A model generated the notes under the pieces. That model worked only from the letters and a program-made list of their open reading frames with translations, searched no databases and had not been told where the DNA came from. DNA of 32,000 nucleotides from Candidatus Heimdallarchaeota archaeon (lineage in GTDB: Archaea > Asgardarchaeota > Heimdallarchaeia > Heimdallarchaeales > Kariarchaeaceae). Below are positions 19,101 to 27,701 of the stretch, in pieces. The position numbers and the translations under genes were made by a program. The stretch's first letter is position 1; the number at the start of each line of letters is the position of its first letter. Location of the stretch: assembly GCA_030149205.1 (NCBI GenBank), contig JASBSB010000001.1, positions 330,001 through 362,000 on the forward strand, written 5' to 3'.

Positions 19101-20229
19101 TACAATTAACTTGTTAAACATTCAATCAATTTCTAATTTGGCAATAGGATCATTTAGTATTGACTTTTCGTACAACCTCAGCTCTACTGAGTTAACCATT
19201 TCTTTAAATTACTTGGAGGTTAGATTTAACACAATTGATAAGAACTTTAATAGATTAAACCCTTTGAGGGAAAATGTGACAGTTCAAGGAAGAACTGAGA
19301 GTGGGAAATTTTTAAATTTTACACAAGATCTTAGTGTACTTCCAAATTTGTTTCTTCCAATAGGAACATACAATTTTTCTGCGATAAGCGGTATTCTCAA
19401 AAATTTTAAATTAAACCAATCTGAGACATTGAATTTACCATCTCTGATTTTGAACTCAACTGGGTTATTAAAACTACAAGGTGTAAATGTTATTGATATA
19501 CGAACCATTACCTTAAAGCACAACCTATTATCTGTGTCTCAGGGTCTAAAATTTTTCAATGGAACAGATTTAACCTCATTTTGGATTATCAATAAATTTC
19601 CAATCGGTAATCTATCAGTGACAATAATACTGAATAATGGGAAGATTTTGTCAAGTTCATTCATCTGGAATATTAATTCTAAATTAACAATCATAACTTT
19701 TGGATCCGAAGCTAATAACCAGTTATTTGGAAACCCAAACCTGTTAAAACTGGCAAGAAATAACGCGATCAACCTTTCTGATGGGGGAAACTATGCAAAT
19801 AGCTTTCTCCAAAGCTTTATTATCTTACTTAGAGTTAGTTTAATTGTTGAAATAATTGTCATCACTTTTATAGTTTCAATTAACATTTACACTAGTTTCG
19901 ATTTCTTCATAACATTGTCGAAGAAAGAATTCGATATTTTAAAGAATCAAGGTTTTTCTGAAACAAATATTCTTGTTTTGTTTTTTAGATCACTATTTGT
20001 AATGATATTCATTTTGTCCACCATAGGATATGTTTTAGGGTTTTTAACAGTCTCATCATACATCAATTATTTTGGAATAACCTTATATGGAAACATTTTC
20101 AAATTAGAATTTTTTAACGTTCGGTCATTTTTGACCATGTTGGTTATTCAATATGGAATTTTAGTTTCGATAATTTTTATTGGACGTAGGTTAAGTCTAA
20201 GGGTCAACTATTTGAGAGAAACGAATTAA
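16174..20229 (+). CDS. Giant FtsX/MacB-like ABC permease with a roughly 1150-aa extracellular region
   Basis: N-terminal TM, MacB-PCD-like segment (FRGVDY, ISIIGFF, DILINI, FTHIQIK), long N/S/T-rich beta region, C-terminal TMs with KEFDILKNQGFS. Start overlaps the previous stop (TTGA, 4 nt). Confidence 0.75.
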   Translation: MKLPKFDFFQLEFPYPVPKRRLVTLYISLILSATLISGTVLISNNINATPTSLYENSNNILVLHDTTSSTPFTSHVSTLYLQTINRFNGILNYSPEILQPALFEGRSALFRGVDYPRFKDIAKSVEIVSSTKPIKSLGLVEGLVSLDFKQLHKVSLGGTYSLQSALTGRTIQISIIGFFKSSTTYTSDILINIKSATFLGDYNGYFTHIQIKYDNNKISKDELRQLLTRENRIQFRVSYDNGTLPTDKVRFLIYNSFSNPIVDKIVNQSVFSIYLPVGMYRVTIQVNDRETNSREFTILKNESLVISTNQFRKLVEFNAVYKNTNLQSFSLLTFDENNQLLLTNSTAKGRITQSLLNDQLYNFGVLLGSSIFKFQSIGLQSQITFNLTNKNIFSNVFPFPTNFRSFSSEFIVELPKSYQSKYILNLQSQNGTQLNQNFLVIQKQFIYFYNLNSGKYVFSTSFNNTNGIIKLDEHKFEVILSKSPIETNLFNYSSYNPDTTAKVKLITADISSAIVTLNNENVNMLTVNRSSLTFRLPHVYGFYQLSVELYSESQGNLSNTYYISISPPSQKAGWMSPDTIPSITNESTLYFWSKIPIISSNSSIMKLTPYIGKFFINSSISVGNYFFTANSKNDSIVLPFQVVDYSKIISFKNSTNGKLLVKNNDIIKTDNLIPTYNSNNLKLFLNSSKDMIQSNVKVDFPTGVNKIHLNLQDKLTGSPVLSLNFTIISGSTSNLLLYPKDNFRNESSSNIFKLDGNFTYDFKFLNGTKLSPIFIGNHEVILPPTFVNITIFNSNYLNSIIIKLGAANYQNRSITANTIVSTWYSYIVLNQFHNLSILPENTIYTFSNQTQLLMGYKRVELNYNATVSKFTNLTVVPNKISLLRYKVLFPNGTLSSEIQFNHTILFVGKGNYTLFSTWTDTYGFQHNSSEKFYVGVNLVSYNVKFMGLNRFPSSPLLLTFKNLYEPNKLTTEISNGTINLLNIQSISNLAIGSFSIDFSYNLSSTELTISLNYLEVRFNTIDKNFNRLNPLRENVTVQGRTESGKFLNFTQDLSVLPNLFLPIGTYNFSAISGILKNFKLNQSETLNLPSLILNSTGLLKLQGVNVIDIRTITLKHNLLSVSQGLKFFNGTDLTSFWIINKFPIGNLSVTIILNNGKILSSSFIWNINSKLTIITFGSEANNQLFGNPNLLKLARNNAINLSDGGNYANSFLQSFIILLRVSLIVEIIVITFIVSINIYTSFDFFITLSKKEFDILKNQGFSETNILVLFFRSLFVMIFILSTIGYVLGFLTVSSYINYFGITLYGNIFKLEFFNVRSFLTMLVIQYGILVSIIFIGRRLSLRVNYLRETN

Positions 20230-20280
20230 AACACAACATCATTTATGTATTATCTGGGTTTAAAAATCAGAAACTTGATA

Positions 20281-21417
20281 TCATTCACGTATTACTAGTT
20301 CAGCAACTTTTTCTTTGAGTTCTTGACGTTTTGCTTGGTGTGTCTCCAAAAATATGACCACTCTATCGGCGAGTTCCTGCTTGCATGGCCCACACATTAA
20401 AGTTCCGCTTTTGCAGTCATTCCATCTTTTATCCAATAGAGAATCATCAGATTCAAATGAAGACCTGTACCATGCAAAGACATTACATTTTTCAGGTTGA
20501 CCACCTAACCTCTTTTGTTCCTCGATTGTATCTCTTCCCCCTGTAAATGCTCGTTTAACCTTTTTTTCGGCTAATTTACTTGAATCAGTCGTAAATATGG
20601 TGCTTTCAGGTTTGCTGGCGCTCATCTTACCTCCTTCTTCCAAACCAGGCGTAAACTGCAAATGGATAGCAGCTGGCTTGTAGTACCCTAACCTTTTCGC
20701 TACATCACGAGTTGCCCTCCAATAGGGGTCTTGGTCTATCCCAGCGGGAATCAAGATCGGTACATTCCTTCCCTTTAACACAGAAGGATAAAAACAAGGT
20801 GCTGCTTGAATTGCCGGATGATAAATCATACCAATATTCGTACTTTCAGTAAAGCCAAATATACCTTTGATTGTAGAAAAAGTAATTTTTTTACTAATTT
20901 CAGTTGCTATCTTTCTGAATTTTACACCAGCTTCAGAATCAATAATAAAATGAGTTTTTTCAGGGTTAAAACCTAAAGCTAATACATCAGTAGCATTTTC
21001 ATATGCTAGTCTAGTTGTCTCTTGGTATGAGTTTTCAAGCTTCAACAGAAATTTTTCATCATCAGTTAACTGAAAATAAAGATCCGCATCAAATTTGTCC
21101 TGTAACCATTTTGTAAATTGCCATGGGATAAGGTGTCCAATGTGTGTATTTTCACTTGGTCCTCTTCCAGTATATAGTGCAAATTTCTCACCAGATTCAT
21201 ACTTGTTCAGTATCCAGTCCAAATCTCTGTGGGAGATAACCAATCCTCTTCTTATCATATAATGGAGGTCTCCATTGGTTAGTTTCTTGATACGAGAAAC
21301 CATTTCTGGTGTAATTGGAGTTGTACCAAATTTCTTTATTAGCTTGGAGTAATCAATTTCACCCTCAACTTCCCAGGGTGTGACTATAAAATCATCAGAT
21401 TCTTCATCAGTATTCAC
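20281..21417 (-). CDS. trpS: Tryptophan--tRNA ligase, archaeal/eukaryotic type
   Basis: VTPWEVEGEIDY, YTGRGPS, HIGH, QLTDDEKF, IPAGIDQDPY, KMSAS, AFTGGRDT, C-terminal CGPCK. Confidence 0.97.
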   Translation of the reverse strand: MNTDEESDDFIVTPWEVEGEIDYSKLIKKFGTTPITPEMVSRIKKLTNGDLHYMIRRGLVISHRDLDWILNKYESGEKFALYTGRGPSENTHIGHLIPWQFTKWLQDKFDADLYFQLTDDEKFLLKLENSYQETTRLAYENATDVLALGFNPEKTHFIIDSEAGVKFRKIATEISKKITFSTIKGIFGFTESTNIGMIYHPAIQAAPCFYPSVLKGRNVPILIPAGIDQDPYWRATRDVAKRLGYYKPAAIHLQFTPGLEEGGKMSASKPESTIFTTDSSKLAEKKVKRAFTGGRDTIEEQKRLGGQPEKCNVFAWYRSSFESDDSLLDKRWNDCKSGTLMCGPCKQELADRVVIFLETHQAKRQELKEKVAELVIRE

Positions 21418-21460
21418 GATGTGTTCCTCTAGGTTACTAATTCAATCCATTAACAGGTAC

Positions 21461-22342
21461 TTATAAGATGTTCTCTTCATCTACTGACTTATTCATAGTT
21501 AACAAAAAGCTAGCCAATCTACTTGCAAGTACCCCAGATATTCCTGATATATCAAACAGGGGGTTCAGTTCAGTAATATCAGCGTAGTTTATTCGAGGAA
21601 GACGAGAGATGAGATCGAAAACTTGCTTGGGTGAAAGTCCAAGAGTTTCAGGATTACCCACACCCGGAGCGTAGGCAGGATCAAAGCCATCCATATCAAT
21701 GCTCAGGTACAGCCCATCAAAGGAGGAGATTCGCGATTCAACTTCTTTAAGAATTTGATCCCTTTGCTTGCCATTATGAGAAATACTGTAATATTGGGTA
21801 ATATTTTGTGACCTGCTATAATTTATCTCTTCCTTGGAAAGAGCTCTTATTCCAAACTGAATGACTGCCTCAGAGCCATTTTGTTCAACAATTCTCCTAG
21901 AGGTACAAGCATGGGAAAAGGGATTTCCTAAATAAGTGTCTCTTAGGTCTCCATGGGCATCTAAAATCAGATACAACAGATTTTTATTTGGAACAAATGA
22001 CGTGATTGTATGTTCACCACCTAGCATTAGTGTAAATTCTTTGTCTTTAGTCAATTCATTAAATATTTTTGCTACCTTAAATTTCAAGTCAGTTATATCT
22101 TCAAAAATTAGATCACCCAAATCATGAATTAGAACTTCTGATATATCGACGTAGGTATAAGGATTAATCCCCTCAATATTGCTTGAATAATATCTTATAT
22201 TGGAAGGAGCATTCCCACAACCTGGTCTGAAGCTGGCGGTTTGGTCATAAGGTACACCAAAAACTAATGATGTTGCTGTGGTAATGTCCTCTTGAAAACC
22301 TCCAAGAGGAAAATCAGTGGGGATAAACCAATTCATGCTCAT
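21461..22342 (-). CDS. speB: Agmatinase (ureohydrolase family)
   Basis: GVPYDQTASFRPG, GGEH, DAHGD, SHA, GIRA, SIDMDGFDPAYAPGVG, ELNP. Confidence 0.92.
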   Translation of the reverse strand: MSMNWFIPTDFPLGGFQEDITTATSLVFGVPYDQTASFRPGCGNAPSNIRYYSSNIEGINPYTYVDISEVLIHDLGDLIFEDITDLKFKVAKIFNELTKDKEFTLMLGGEHTITSFVPNKNLLYLILDAHGDLRDTYLGNPFSHACTSRRIVEQNGSEAVIQFGIRALSKEEINYSRSQNITQYYSISHNGKQRDQILKEVESRISSFDGLYLSIDMDGFDPAYAPGVGNPETLGLSPKQVFDLISRLPRINYADITELNPLFDISGISGVLASRLASFLLTMNKSVDEENIL

Positions 22343-22351
22343 GAAATCACT

Positions 22352-23098
22352 CTATGTGAATAATCTTTCTATTTTAGGGCGATTTAAATCGGACGCTGAT
22401 GAAACAAAAGATTGTTCATAATCGAATCCTCTAACAATTATGATTGGAGTGCCTTCATCAGCTTCACCCATCATTAACTGAGCCGCACTAGCAATTTCAT
22501 CCGCAACAGCGATTTGAGAAATTTTCAACTCGTAACCAAAGAGGTCATTTGTCCCTACATAATTTTTTACTGGATTTAATCCATAGACTCCGATTGCTAT
22601 ATTGACTGCATGTCTTCTTAAAGCACGTCCGACTGAATCAGAGATTATAACAGGAATATCTAAATTGAAATTTGATTTTACCCAATCATAGATTTGATTT
22701 GCTACTAAATCTGGATTTTCTGGAACAAACACAACGTTTCCCTTTCCTGCGTTGGATTCATCAATCCCTGCGTTAGCACAAATTGTCCCAGATTTATTTT
22801 CAGTAATTAAAATCCCACGTTCTGACTTTATAATCTCTCTACTTTGATCAAGTATTACCTGAATTTTTTTTGGGTCTTTATTAAGGGTTTCTGCTAGCGA
22901 AATCGCCTTTTCACTGGGGTTGACTTCCTCTAAATTTACGATACAATTCATAATCCTTGACAGGGGTGTATGAGCGATTACAAGAATATCTCCTGCTTGT
23001 AGAACACTATCAATAGTTTCACTTAAGAATTCCCAAAACTCACTCTCTTTTCTAAATATAGGCACGTTATCAACTGATAAAACTTCTAATTTTTTCAT
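22352..23098 (-). CDS. cofE: Coenzyme F420-0:L-glutamate ligase
   Basis: GDILVIAH, CANAGIDESN, IISDSVGRALR, DLFGYEL, VADEIASAAQLMMGEADEGTPIIIVRG. Confidence 0.9.
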   Translation of the reverse strand: MKKLEVLSVDNVPIFRKESEFWEFLSETIDSVLQAGDILVIAHTPLSRIMNCIVNLEEVNPSEKAISLAETLNKDPKKIQVILDQSREIIKSERGILITENKSGTICANAGIDESNAGKGNVVFVPENPDLVANQIYDWVKSNFNLDIPVIISDSVGRALRRHAVNIAIGVYGLNPVKNYVGTNDLFGYELKISQIAVADEIASAAQLMMGEADEGTPIIIVRGFDYEQSFVSSASDLNRPKIERLFT

Positions 23099-23110
23099 TT
23101 TATAATTAAC

Positions 23111-23392
23111 CTATTTCTTTTCGATTCTGAATACAGCAGGTTTAATTTTCTCACGGCGACATTCAGGACATCTGGTTGGGGTTTTTACATTTGTATTAGT
23201 AAAAATATACCCACAAAGTTCACATTCCGCACGTTGCATCATTAATTTATAGTCTGGATCATCACGCAATGATATCCTAATATGCTTTAAATCCTCTTCT
23301 ACTTGTGAAACAGGTTTTTCTAAAACAGTAGCTAATTCAAAAACACTGGCCGCTTGCTTCTTCAAATATCTAACGATGTCTTCTCTTGTCAT
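23111..23392 (-). CDS. Archaeal HTH plus Zn-ribbon predicted transcriptional regulator (COG3357-like)
   Basis: TREDIV...EEDLKHIRISL; CELCGYIF; PTRCPECRREKI. Confidence 0.85.
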   Translation of the reverse strand: MTREDIVRYLKKQAASVFELATVLEKPVSQVEEDLKHIRISLRDDPDYKLMMQRAECELCGYIFTNTNVKTPTRCPECRREKIKPAVFRIEKK

Positions 23393-23498
23393 CTAAAGAT
23401 GTTTGTTTAAATTAAATTTAAATCAAGTTGTAGAGTCAGGAAATCTTGATAATTATTTCAGCACTTTGAAGATTAATACTGAACATTTTTATCTTTAA

Positions 23499-24134
23499 GT
23501 GAACACCATGCTTATGCTCGACGATAGGGAAATAAAACAGATTTCTAAAAAAATTCATGAACCGCCAATGACACCGCATATTAAGTTTATTTCACCTGAA
23601 AACGCTGAAAGTCCTCAACTCAAAAGAATGTACAGAAGAGTGTCTAAGGAGAGAACAAGTGTCGCAAATATACACCAATCGCAAAGTCTCAATCCTGACG
23701 CAATGAAGGCTCATTTAGACCTCTACATGAATACAGTTTATAAGTCCTCGAGTGAACTTTCAAGGAGGGAAAGGGAATTAATCGCTACTGTCGTGAGCTT
23801 TGTCAATTCATGTAAATACTGTATAACCCATCATTATGAGGCGTTGTTAGCACATTGGCCTGATGCACCTCAACCTCCATTTTTAGTTTCTGAAGACGCC
23901 GCTTCAGTCTTGACACAAAGAGAGTATGCAATTGTCAATTATAGCATTAAACTGACAATGGCTCCTCATTCTTGTGGTAAGAAGGAAATTCGAACCCTGA
24001 AAAATTTGAAACTATCAGATGTTGCAATTCTTGATGTCATCTTAATAATTTCGTATTTTAATTTTGTAAATAGATTAGCTCTGGGGACAGGATGTCCACT
24101 AGAAAATCAGACTGAGAGAAACTATAACTATTAA
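23499..24134 (+). CDS. AhpD-like / uncharacterised peroxidase-related enzyme
   Basis: LSRRERELIATVVSFVNSCKYCITHH (CxxC), YFNFVNRLA; start codon uncertain (GTG or nearby ATGs). Confidence 0.85.
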   Translation: MNTMLMLDDREIKQISKKIHEPPMTPHIKFISPENAESPQLKRMYRRVSKERTSVANIHQSQSLNPDAMKAHLDLYMNTVYKSSSELSRRERELIATVVSFVNSCKYCITHHYEALLAHWPDAPQPPFLVSEDAASVLTQREYAIVNYSIKLTMAPHSCGKKEIRTLKNLKLSDVAILDVILIISYFNFVNRLALGTGCPLENQTERNYNY

Positions 24135-24236
24135 GACAAAAAGCTTCACCGATTTTTCAAATTGGTTTTGTTTGCAATTGATGTCACAAGAGAGACAAGC
24201 TTAATTAGATATTTAATCTAGGGAGACCTGATCTAT

Positions 24237-25382
24237 ATGGTCGACAAAAATAGATTCACTTCTGTATTCCCTCTTGTAAAAGGAAAAACTGTGCGTCAAG
24301 CACATGCTGGTTTTGAAAATATTGATGGAATTTCAACTTATGAACATGAACATGGACGTCAAGGGTTTTTTGGAAAAGTAAGTCACCTGTATCATAAAAA
24401 TCCGCCAACAAATTTTACAAAAATTGATGATGGGCCTTTTAAGCCTTACATGATAGATTCCAACAGAATAAAAGTTTCTGACAAAGAGGATGAATGGGGT
24501 TCTCCCATCACTGTCATGCAAAATAGTGATTTAAAGATTAGAATCTCAAGAAGAGAAAAACCAATGCCCTTCTACTATAAATCCACAGATACTGATGACC
24601 TTTGGTTCGTCCATCGAGGGAAGGGAGTGATGGAAACATTATACGGACCACTGACATTTGAAAGAGGTGATTATATTGTAATTCCAAGGGGAACAATTTA
24701 TCGACTTGTACCAGAATCAGTGGACAACCACTTTCTCCTTATTGAAAGTTCAGAAGAAATAAACATTCCAGATAGAGGTATGTTGGGACCAACCGCACTG
24801 TTTGATCCTGCTGTTGTGGTTACTCCAGATCCTATGCCAATTGAGGATGGGAAAGAGTGGGTTGTAAGGTTTAAGAGAGGAGAGACATACACACATTACA
24901 CCTTCCCAAATAATCCTATAGATGTAATTGGTTGGAAAGGGGATGTTACGCCAATGAAACTTTCAATAAAGGATTTTAGACCAGTCAACTCACATCGTTA
25001 TCACTTACCACCAAGTGTACATACAACATGGATAAGTCAAGGATATGTTGTATGTTCGTTTGTACCTAGACCATATGAAAGCTCTGAGGATGCTTTAAAG
25101 ATACCTTTCTTTCACTCTAATGTGGAATATGATGAAGTCATATTCTATCATGAGGGGGATTTTATGAGTAGGGACAACGTTGGTGAAGGATTTCTATCGT
25201 TCCATCCAGGGGGATTCACTCATGGTCCTCATCCAAAAGCATTGAAAAGGATGTTTAAACAGGATAATCCAATGACAGATGAATATGCAGTGATGATAGA
25301 TTCAAGAAAACCTTTAGAAATAGTGGATCAATTAGGTGAAGGATTAATCAAAGACTATTGGAAATCTTGGACTGAACATTAA
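24237..25382 (+). CDS. hmgA: Homogentisate 1,2-dioxygenase (short bacterial-type)
   Basis: GFFGKVSHLYH, DDLWFVHRGKG, RYHLPPSVHTT, VVCSFVPR, PFFHSNVEYDEVIFYH, FHPGGFTHGP, EYAVMIDS. Confidence 0.93.
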   Translation: MVDKNRFTSVFPLVKGKTVRQAHAGFENIDGISTYEHEHGRQGFFGKVSHLYHKNPPTNFTKIDDGPFKPYMIDSNRIKVSDKEDEWGSPITVMQNSDLKIRISRREKPMPFYYKSTDTDDLWFVHRGKGVMETLYGPLTFERGDYIVIPRGTIYRLVPESVDNHFLLIESSEEINIPDRGMLGPTALFDPAVVVTPDPMPIEDGKEWVVRFKRGETYTHYTFPNNPIDVIGWKGDVTPMKLSIKDFRPVNSHRYHLPPSVHTTWISQGYVVCSFVPRPYESSEDALKIPFFHSNVEYDEVIFYHEGDFMSRDNVGEGFLSFHPGGFTHGPHPKALKRMFKQDNPMTDEYAVMIDSRKPLEIVDQLGEGLIKDYWKSWTEH

Positions 25383-25439
25383 ATCTATTTTACCTTTGTT
25401 CCGATTTTTAAACTAAAACAGATTATTGATTTTGCTAAA

Positions 25440-26834
25440 TTATTCTTTAATTCTAAATTTTTTAAATTGAATAATTACTATCAGTAGAATTGGAGCAAAC
25501 ATCGAAATCAATGTCAGAGGTGTCGCTGTACCTGAACTAACCGGTGAACTTGGTTTGGTTGTTGAAACAGAATCAGGGGTCACATGCAGGAGGGCTTCAG
25601 CTTTAACCTTGTTTCCATTTGCATCAGACGCTAAAATTGTAAAATTATATGTTTTATCTACCACTAAATCTGTGAAGGTCGGAGATATTCTTTGACCTAC
25701 CATAAAGTTTCCTGATGAAATTGAAGATCCATTTTTGTAAAGTTCATATTTCCCACCAAATATTGCTCCATTTAATGTCCAACCAAAGTTTTTGGATGAC
25801 AACTTGGAAAATTCCACAGAGACATCACCCTGAGTTGTCAGATTTAATTTACTATCATAACTAAAAAATTGTAACCTGTGGTTATATTGGTCTGCTACAA
25901 CGAACCTGTTATTTAACACATCAAAAGCAATGCCATCTGGTGACAAAAATTTTCCAGGTGCTGACCCAGAATTTCCACCAATGGCTGCCACAGGTTCATA
26001 TGTTGTAGTATTAAAAATAATAACTCGTGAATATTTATTTGCTGCGATTGAATCAGGACCCTCATCAACCGCAAGAAGATTTCCCCTTGGATCCATTGTA
26101 ATTCCTTCATAATTTAAAGTTGCGAATTCTTTACCAAATGACCCGATGATTGTCCCATTCATTGCAAAATATCCTATTTTTCTTTGTCCCTCTAATGAAA
26201 CATAAATCATATTCTGCTTTTTATCTACAACCAGATTTTCAGGGGTTGAGTAAAGCCCTGTTGAAAACTGTGATTTAAACACACCATTTTTATCAAACAC
26301 CATCACCAAATTATTAGGTTGATCTGTCACATAGATTGTGTCTGTTCTGTTATCAATCGCAAGACCCTGAGTATCCCTTGTTGATTCTGTACTGTTTATC
26401 ACAGGGAGAGGGATAACGGCTCGTGGGGTAGTTCCAAACTTATCAAAGAAATACAGATTTGCAGCCTTCTCAATGACTACAATAGTACCATTGGATAGTT
26501 CCCCAATCCCTTGAACCTCATTATTTGTGTTTGATGATATGGGTGTAAATCCAGTCTTTTCATGCAAAAAGGTACCATTTGGTGCGAATACCTGAACACG
26601 AAGGTTTGAGGTATCACCCGCAAAGATCGTCCCTTTAGAATCAACGTAAACACTATCTGGTTGATCAAACTGTGAAGGGTCTGTCCCTTTAGTTCCACCG
26701 ATAATCAATGATGGAGTAACTATACCTACGGGTAAAGTAGAATTTGTAATTACAACTCCCCCAATATTCGTTGAACCAATAAAGAGGAGACCAATTATTA
26801 ATAAATTTATAAAATGAAAGAATTTTACTTTCAT
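25440..26834 (-). CDS. Secreted, membrane-anchored NHL-repeat beta-propeller protein
   Basis: Signal peptide; repeats GGTKGTDPSQFDQPDSVYVD, GNSGSAPGKFLSPDGIAFD, VVADQYNHRLQFF; S/T/P linker; C-terminal TM plus KKFRIKE. Confidence 0.85.
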   Translation of the reverse strand: MKVKFFHFINLLIIGLLFIGSTNIGGVVITNSTLPVGIVTPSLIIGGTKGTDPSQFDQPDSVYVDSKGTIFAGDTSNLRVQVFAPNGTFLHEKTGFTPISSNTNNEVQGIGELSNGTIVVIEKAANLYFFDKFGTTPRAVIPLPVINSTESTRDTQGLAIDNRTDTIYVTDQPNNLVMVFDKNGVFKSQFSTGLYSTPENLVVDKKQNMIYVSLEGQRKIGYFAMNGTIIGSFGKEFATLNYEGITMDPRGNLLAVDEGPDSIAANKYSRVIIFNTTTYEPVAAIGGNSGSAPGKFLSPDGIAFDVLNNRFVVADQYNHRLQFFSYDSKLNLTTQGDVSVEFSKLSSKNFGWTLNGAIFGGKYELYKNGSSISSGNFMVGQRISPTFTDLVVDKTYNFTILASDANGNKVKAEALLHVTPDSVSTTKPSSPVSSGTATPLTLISMFAPILLIVIIQFKKFRIKE

Positions 26835-26905
26835 GGATCAAATTTTGTCGATGAAATAAATTGCTTTCTCATAGTTATGTTTGGAATTGAAACAATAAAT
26901 TACTA

Positions 26906-27646
26906 TTAGTATCCAAAGTTTGAATGATACATAATGTGTTGATTTAGGACTTTTTGCCACTTGTATTCAAAGTAAAATATTATGAATGGAGCAATTAATA
27001 GGGGTAAACCGACAAGAATTAATGATCCAAACCAGATTGCAAGTGTTACCCCAATGACTGCACCACCAGATGGACAGTTTTCCATAAATGTTCCTGAACC
27101 GTACTGAGTGTATTTAATATGCTGATGAAGCTTATCATACTTGTAATAGTGAACCACTGGTAAGAACACAAAAACAAAGCCAAAAACGAAGTATAAAAAC
27201 ACCATCAAGAGTGGATTTTCCTCTGTAGAAGGGGTGTTGTCTCCATAGCTTGCTCGATGAAGATTTTGCATGTCTGAAAAGTTGTAATAGAGATAAAACA
27301 GATACCCTATACCTAAGGTAAATATGCTTATCAACAACCAAGTGAAGTAAGACCTTGTGGGAGGCATGACACCTACGTGAGTAGTTTGTCGTTCTTGGGA
27401 AAATTGTTGAGGTTGAGAACTATTAGAATGAGTCGTAGATATAGGCGTAGACTGATTTTGAGGTTGTAGATATTGGGATGATATATTAACTGTTTGATTT
27501 GGAGTGGAACCTGTTTGTATTGGCTTTGCAGGTTCAGTATTTCCTAGTTTTGAGCCACATGCGGTACAAAAAGTTGCATTTGGCTCAATCTTGCTACCAC
27601 AGTAAGTACAAAATTCTGCCATACTTTTATGAGGTTCAACAGCCAA
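26906..27646 (-). CDS. Zinc-ribbon plus DUF4234-like membrane protein
   Basis: FCTYCG...FCTACG; Q/P/S/T-rich linker; RSYFTWLLISIFTLGIGYLFY followed by further TM segments. Confidence 0.75.
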   Translation of the reverse strand: MAVEPHKSMAEFCTYCGSKIEPNATFCTACGSKLGNTEPAKPIQTGSTPNQTVNISSQYLQPQNQSTPISTTHSNSSQPQQFSQERQTTHVGVMPPTRSYFTWLLISIFTLGIGYLFYLYYNFSDMQNLHRASYGDNTPSTEENPLLMVFLYFVFGFVFVFLPVVHYYKYDKLHQHIKYTQYGSGTFMENCPSGGAVIGVTLAIWFGSLILVGLPLLIAPFIIFYFEYKWQKVLNQHIMYHSNFGY

Positions 27647-27701
27647 TATAAATATTTGTAGTTCCCGAATCTATTGTGTGTAAAATTAGTTGGAATTTAA
27701 T

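Noticed and set aside
14944-19772. Track ORFs 14944-15210, 19284-19523 and 19539-19772 (-)
   Set aside because: Antisense to the membrane and permease genes.
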